NCBI GenBank assembly: GCA_016186715.1
Contig: JACPLA010000085.1
Location: 1 to 60,238, forward strand
DNA length: 60,238 nucleotides
Source of the DNA: Ignavibacteriales bacterium
GTDB lineage: Bacteria > Bacteroidota > Ignavibacteria > UBA10030
Direction: 5' to 3'
Shown: piece after piece, positions 56,402 to 60,238 of the stretch
Numbering within the stretch: the stretch's first letter is position 1
Layout: the number at the start of each line of letters is the position of its first letter
The notes under the pieces: generated by a model
The model's database searches: none
What the model was told of the DNA's origin: nothing
The model's input: the letters and a program-made list of their open reading frames with translations, nothing else
Program-made: the position numbers and the translations under genes

Positions 56402-57294
56402 CGAAGGCTGTACTCCTGGTAGGTGATCTGGTGGTTCGGATCTGCCGCGGAGAGGCGGCGATAGACCGTTCTGTCGGGATGCCGGAGAAATGTTTCGGCG
56501 ATTTCCTGATACTTTGTGTCGAAAAAGCTCTTGATCAACACGCTGCGAGGATTCTGCTTCTGCCGGATGTCGGCAATCGATTCGACGGCCTCGAGCATAT
56601 TCGTAAGCCCTGTGACCGTTTCCGTTGCGAGGAGATCGACGCCGTCGAAATGATATTTGTGAAAGGCGAGCCGAAGCGGCTGGTACTTCAGATTCGTCAG
56701 CTCGTCGGCGAACGAGAATCGGCTGTAGTTCACCGATTGCTGCTGCCAGCTGCCGGAGAAGGCGGTCCCCGCGGATTGATTACAGATGTTCATTGCCTTC
56801 TGGAAAAACGAAGATCCGGCGAGCTCGTTGTACGTGTCCAGGTCAAATCCGATGATGAGGTAGGCGTAATAGTCGAGAAAGTCTGAAAGGGGGTCGAACT
56901 GGAATTCATCGTGGTAAAGAGGCTTGTTTGGGAAATACTCAAACTCCCACCGTTCATCGAGGATGCGAAGAATGATAGTTTCCTGGTCGGTTTTGTCGTT
57001 TTCCCGGTAGACCGATCTTCGGCTACCGACAAAGACCTGGGCCGTGTACCGGTTGTCCCCGGAGGCGGAAAGAAAAAAGATGTTCATCGAACACTGAATT
57101 TTTTCACCTCCGAAATCTTCATTGGTCCAGCGAAATGTATTAATGTACTGCTCCACATCGTTTTCAAAATTCTTCAGAAAATCACGCGAAGCCGACGATA
57201 TCTGCTCAAAATTCACCGTCACATCGCAATTCAGCTCTTGTGAGAACGACGATACAAGGGGGCAGACAAGAAGAAGGAGAATCAGGCGGCGCAT
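56398..57294 (-). CDS. DUF4835 family protein (PorD-like, T9SS-associated)
   Basis: [18 protein letters not shown] and [13 protein letters not shown] motifs; signal peptide. Confidence 0.8.
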   Translation of the reverse strand: MRRLILLLLVCPLVSSFSQELNCDVTVNFEQISSASRDFLKNFENDVEQYINTFRWTNEDFGGEKIQCSMNIFFLSASGDNRYTAQVFVGSRRSVYRENDKTDQETIILRILDERWEFEYFPNKPLYHDEFQFDPLSDFLDYYAYLIIGFDLDTYNELAGSSFFQKAMNICNQSAGTAFSGSWQQQSVNYSRFSFADELTNLKYQPLRLAFHKYHFDGVDLLATETVTGLTNMLEAVESIADIRQKQNPRSVLIKSFFDTKYQEIAETFLRHPDRTVYRRLSAADPNHQITYQEYSLR

Positions 57295-57324
57295 AGCGTT
57301 TGTCATTGTCGTAATACTTCAGTC

Positions 57325-57353
57325 AATATAGGCAAATAACCTGCCGTCATCAA
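57325..57353 (-). promoter_or_regulatory. Promoter for DUF4835 gene
   Basis: Minus strand TTGATG-N17-TATATT. Confidence 0.55.
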
Positions 57354-57363
57354 GGGGGGAACC

Positions 57364-58176
57364 ATGGTGATTCGCTGCACGGGGGTCTTGCTGTTTTTTT
57401 TTCCGTTACTTCTTCTTGCCGGCGAACCTGTCCGGGGAGTACGATCCGCGGCACTCGCAAGCGCGGGATCTGCCCTCCCCGTAAACCCATGGTCCGTCGA
57501 TCTCAACTCCGCATGGCTCAGCTTTGCCGGCCAAACCTCGCTGGCTCTGTTTTCCATTCCGCATCAACATGGGTTGGCCGAGCTCCGGACTGTGGCTGCT
57601 GCGGCATGCTTGCCTCTTCCGTTTGGCGGTGGAGGAGTGAGCGTCGAGCGGTTCGGTTTTGATCTGTATAATGAGTCGGCCATAAAAGGTGGTTTTGGAT
57701 GGCGGTTCACTGAAATAGTTTCTGCCGGTGTCACGGTCACGGGGAAATTCATTTCCATTCAGGGATATGGATCGCGATGGGTTCCGCTCGTCGCAACGGG
57801 AGTTGCACTCAAACCGTTCGACGAGCTACTGCTCGGCGGAGTCGCCACCAATGTATTCGGAGCATCAGTGGGAGCGACGAAAGAACGACTCCCCCAGACC
57901 ATTTCGTGGGGACTGACGTGGATTCCCGAGGAACTCTTTCTTGCCACTTTTGAACTCAGCAAAGATGTACGTTTTCCCCTGGTCGTTCGGGGCGGCATTG
58001 AGCGCTCGATCCTCCCGGGTGCGGCTGTGCGCGTTGGAATCATCTCAAACCCCAGGACCATCTCGGCCGGGGGATCTGTGACAGTCCTGGGAGCGGAATT
58101 CGGTTATGCCGGAAAGTACCATCCTGATCTTGGATGGACACACCACGTGGAAGTAGCGCTGGAGATTGGCGAATGA
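57364..58176 (+). CDS. Putative outer-membrane beta-barrel (PorV/FadL-like hypothetical)
   Basis: Signal peptide; GVRSAALA..N.A.L hatch-like start; amphipathic strands; YHPDLGWTH end. Confidence 0.6.
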   Translation: MVIRCTGVLLFFFPLLLLAGEPVRGVRSAALASAGSALPVNPWSVDLNSAWLSFAGQTSLALFSIPHQHGLAELRTVAAAACLPLPFGGGGVSVERFGFDLYNESAIKGGFGWRFTEIVSAGVTVTGKFISIQGYGSRWVPLVATGVALKPFDELLLGGVATNVFGASVGATKERLPQTISWGLTWIPEELFLATFELSKDVRFPLVVRGGIERSILPGAAVRVGIISNPRTISAGGSVTVLGAEFGYAGKYHPDLGWTHHVEVALEIGE

Positions 58177-60173
58177 GAAAGAAGCTTCTCCTCTTGGTTC
58201 TCACCGTGACACAGGCGTCTGCGCAAGACCAGATCCGGCCCGATAGTCTTGTCCTTCTCAGTCCTGAAATCGAGGTGCTTTTGGAAGATGAAACTGCGGA
58301 AAGCGAGGAGTCTTTTTTATACGGCACGATTGCAGACCTTGCCGAACAGCCGATTGACCTGAACACTGCTTCGTTTGAGGAATTACAGCAGATTCCGGGG
58401 ATGACGTCGGTTTTGGCCTATCGCATTGTCTCGCGAAGAGAACGAAACAAGTTCTCGTCGTTGCGGGAATTGAGAAAAATCGATGGTATGACGGGAGACG
58501 TTTTTGAATCCGTTCGGCCCTTCCTTGTTGTCGGCCGGAACACCGATCCGGGGAGAGAAATGAAGGTTCGACTGCGTTTCCGAACGCAAAGTGACCTGCA
58601 GCCGAAACGGGGGCTTTCCGAAAAACTCTATCGGGGCTCACGGGAGAAGCTGTACCATCGGATGTCCTTTGTTTCGGAGTCACGAAGTGCTGAATGCACG
58701 TTATTAATCGGTACGGTGAAAGGAGGGGTGGTACTGGAAAAGGACGCGGGAGAGCGATTCCAGAGCGGTCATGCTGCCGGATTCCTCCAGGCAGACGTGC
58801 CGGCCGCCTCAGGGAGACTGATTCTTGGAGACTTTTCCCTTTTCTCCGGGGTGGGATTGATACTCGGCCCCCCGGGTCCTGGATCGCTGAACGCGTTCCC
58901 GCGGATATCAGGGTCTGGTCCGGGTTTTCACGGATACGCTTCGACCGCGGAAGATCTGTTCTTCCGGGGGTTGGCGTTCGCGGTCTCACTGCCGGGTCTT
59001 CACGGCTCCGGGTTTTATTCCAACCGCGGAGTTCACGCTTCCGTCTCCGATGAGGGAGCGATTACGAGGTTTGACGGAACGGGGCTTTTTCGTACCAGTC
59101 AGGAAGAGCAAACGAGGTTTGCCACCCGAGAGCGCGTGGTTGGAGGAATGATCGGCGCTTCTCCGCTTGATGGGATGCGAATCACGCTCAAGGGATACGC
59201 CATCCGATTTGCACACCCTCTTGATTTGTCACAGTACCACGATTTTCACGGACAGGACGCTTCCCTCACCGCTCTCGATTTTTCTTATACACAGGATCGG
59301 CAAACTCTTTTCTGGGAAGCAGCCCGGGATCACAAAGGTTCCGTGGCCGTTGTCACGGGTGGACAGGAGCAAATCGCGTCGACAATTCTTGTTGGCTTTA
59401 TTGGCCGATGGTTTCCCCGGAGTTTCAACAGTCGGTATGGTCGGTCTCTCACCCGAAACACCGTCCCGGAAAACGAACAGGGGTTATCGCTCTTCCTGAA
59501 GTTTCCTCTCATGACCAGACTGCGGTTGAGCGTATTTTATGACTTCTACCGCCTGCCGCTTGGATCCCGCTCCATACCTTTCCCGGCTTCAGGGAACGAG
59601 GCGTTGATACTCGCCGATGTATCCCTCGGCATGGGAATGAAGATCCATGTTCTGTACAGGCAAAAATCAAAAGGAATCAAAAGTACGGAATTTGATGAAT
59701 TGAATCGCCTCAGGTCACTTGTTGGAGAGCGAACTCAAAAAACGATTCGGATCAATCTTCATTACGGCGGACAGAATCGTCTCGAGTGGCAATCGCGGGT
59801 TGAAACGACCATGGTTGAATCTGAGTCGAAATCCAGAGAAACCGGATTCTTGATATCCCAGAACTTCCGGTGGACCCCTGTTGAAGGAATTCGGATTCAC
59901 ACGCGACTCGGCGTCTATGAAACCGATTCGTATGATTCCCGTTTATATGAGTTCGAGCACGACGTTCCAGGGGCGTTCTCTAATCCTCCCTTATTCGGAA
60001 AGGGAACGAGATCCTATGTCCTCGTCTCCGCTTCATTGATCGACGGGGTCGATGTCTCGTTCAAATATGCGGCAACGCGCAAGGAGGGGGTAAAATCACT
60101 TGGGAGCGGGCTTGACGAGGTTTCCGGCGATCTCCAAAATCGTATCTCGCTCCAGACCGACGTGCGATTCTGA
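58173..60173 (+). CDS. ComEA-type helix-hairpin-helix protein with predicted outer-membrane barrel
   Basis: IDLNTASFEELQQIPG..F..L.ELRKIDG HhH; LEKDAGE; SRLYEFE; terminal Phe. Confidence 0.85.
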   Translation: MRKKLLLLVLTVTQASAQDQIRPDSLVLLSPEIEVLLEDETAESEESFLYGTIADLAEQPIDLNTASFEELQQIPGMTSVLAYRIVSRRERNKFSSLRELRKIDGMTGDVFESVRPFLVVGRNTDPGREMKVRLRFRTQSDLQPKRGLSEKLYRGSREKLYHRMSFVSESRSAECTLLIGTVKGGVVLEKDAGERFQSGHAAGFLQADVPAASGRLILGDFSLFSGVGLILGPPGPGSLNAFPRISGSGPGFHGYASTAEDLFFRGLAFAVSLPGLHGSGFYSNRGVHASVSDEGAITRFDGTGLFRTSQEEQTRFATRERVVGGMIGASPLDGMRITLKGYAIRFAHPLDLSQYHDFHGQDASLTALDFSYTQDRQTLFWEAARDHKGSVAVVTGGQEQIASTILVGFIGRWFPRSFNSRYGRSLTRNTVPENEQGLSLFLKFPLMTRLRLSVFYDFYRLPLGSRSIPFPASGNEALILADVSLGMGMKIHVLYRQKSKGIKSTEFDELNRLRSLVGERTQKTIRINLHYGGQNRLEWQSRVETTMVESESKSRETGFLISQNFRWTPVEGIRIHTRLGVYETDSYDSRLYEFEHDVPGAFSNPPLFGKGTRSYVLVSASLIDGVDVSFKYAATRKEGVKSLGSGLDEVSGDLQNRISLQTDVRF

Positions 60174-60185
60174 ACCCAAGCGGAG

Positions 60186-60234
60186 AGGCATCGGATGAAT
60201 CCGACGCCTTGTAGAGTCCGATTCGTAATCGGAC
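60186..60234. repeat. Two adjacent REP-like palindromes
   Basis: aggcatcggat-ga-atccgacgcct and GTAG-preceded gtccgatt-cgt-aatcggac. Confidence 0.6.
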
Positions 60235-60238
60235 CTCA

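Overview
A 60 kb, gene-dense, mostly plus-strand stretch of core chromosome. It is inferred to come from an Ignavibacteria-like FCB/Bacteroidota bacterium, based on a T9SS-type C-terminal domain protein, DUF2795, DUF4835 and hprK. It carries housekeeping genes (aroC, trpS, scpA/scpB, rluB, lysS, recO, degP, ybeY, topA, xerC, hpf, hprK, holB, metG, tatD, sdaAB/AA), outer-membrane proteins and a near-complete futalosine menaquinone cluster (38954-48885). I found no tRNA, rRNA, CRISPR array, prophage or transposase. The most notable feature is a TIR-like (CAP12/Pycsar-type) protein tightly coupled between an MqnE-MqnA fusion and mqnC, at the pathway step where the MqnB nucleosidase, not seen in this window, would act. 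Other leads: a secreted tail-fibre-like protein paired with a small T9SS-CTD protein, an ScpB with a long acidic linker ending in an amphipathic helix, a promoter-driven structured leader with alternative pairings upstream of the ybeY-topA-xerC-hpf-hprK operon, and several intergenic REP-like and heptamer repeat families. All calls come from motif recognition by eye; no database search was run.
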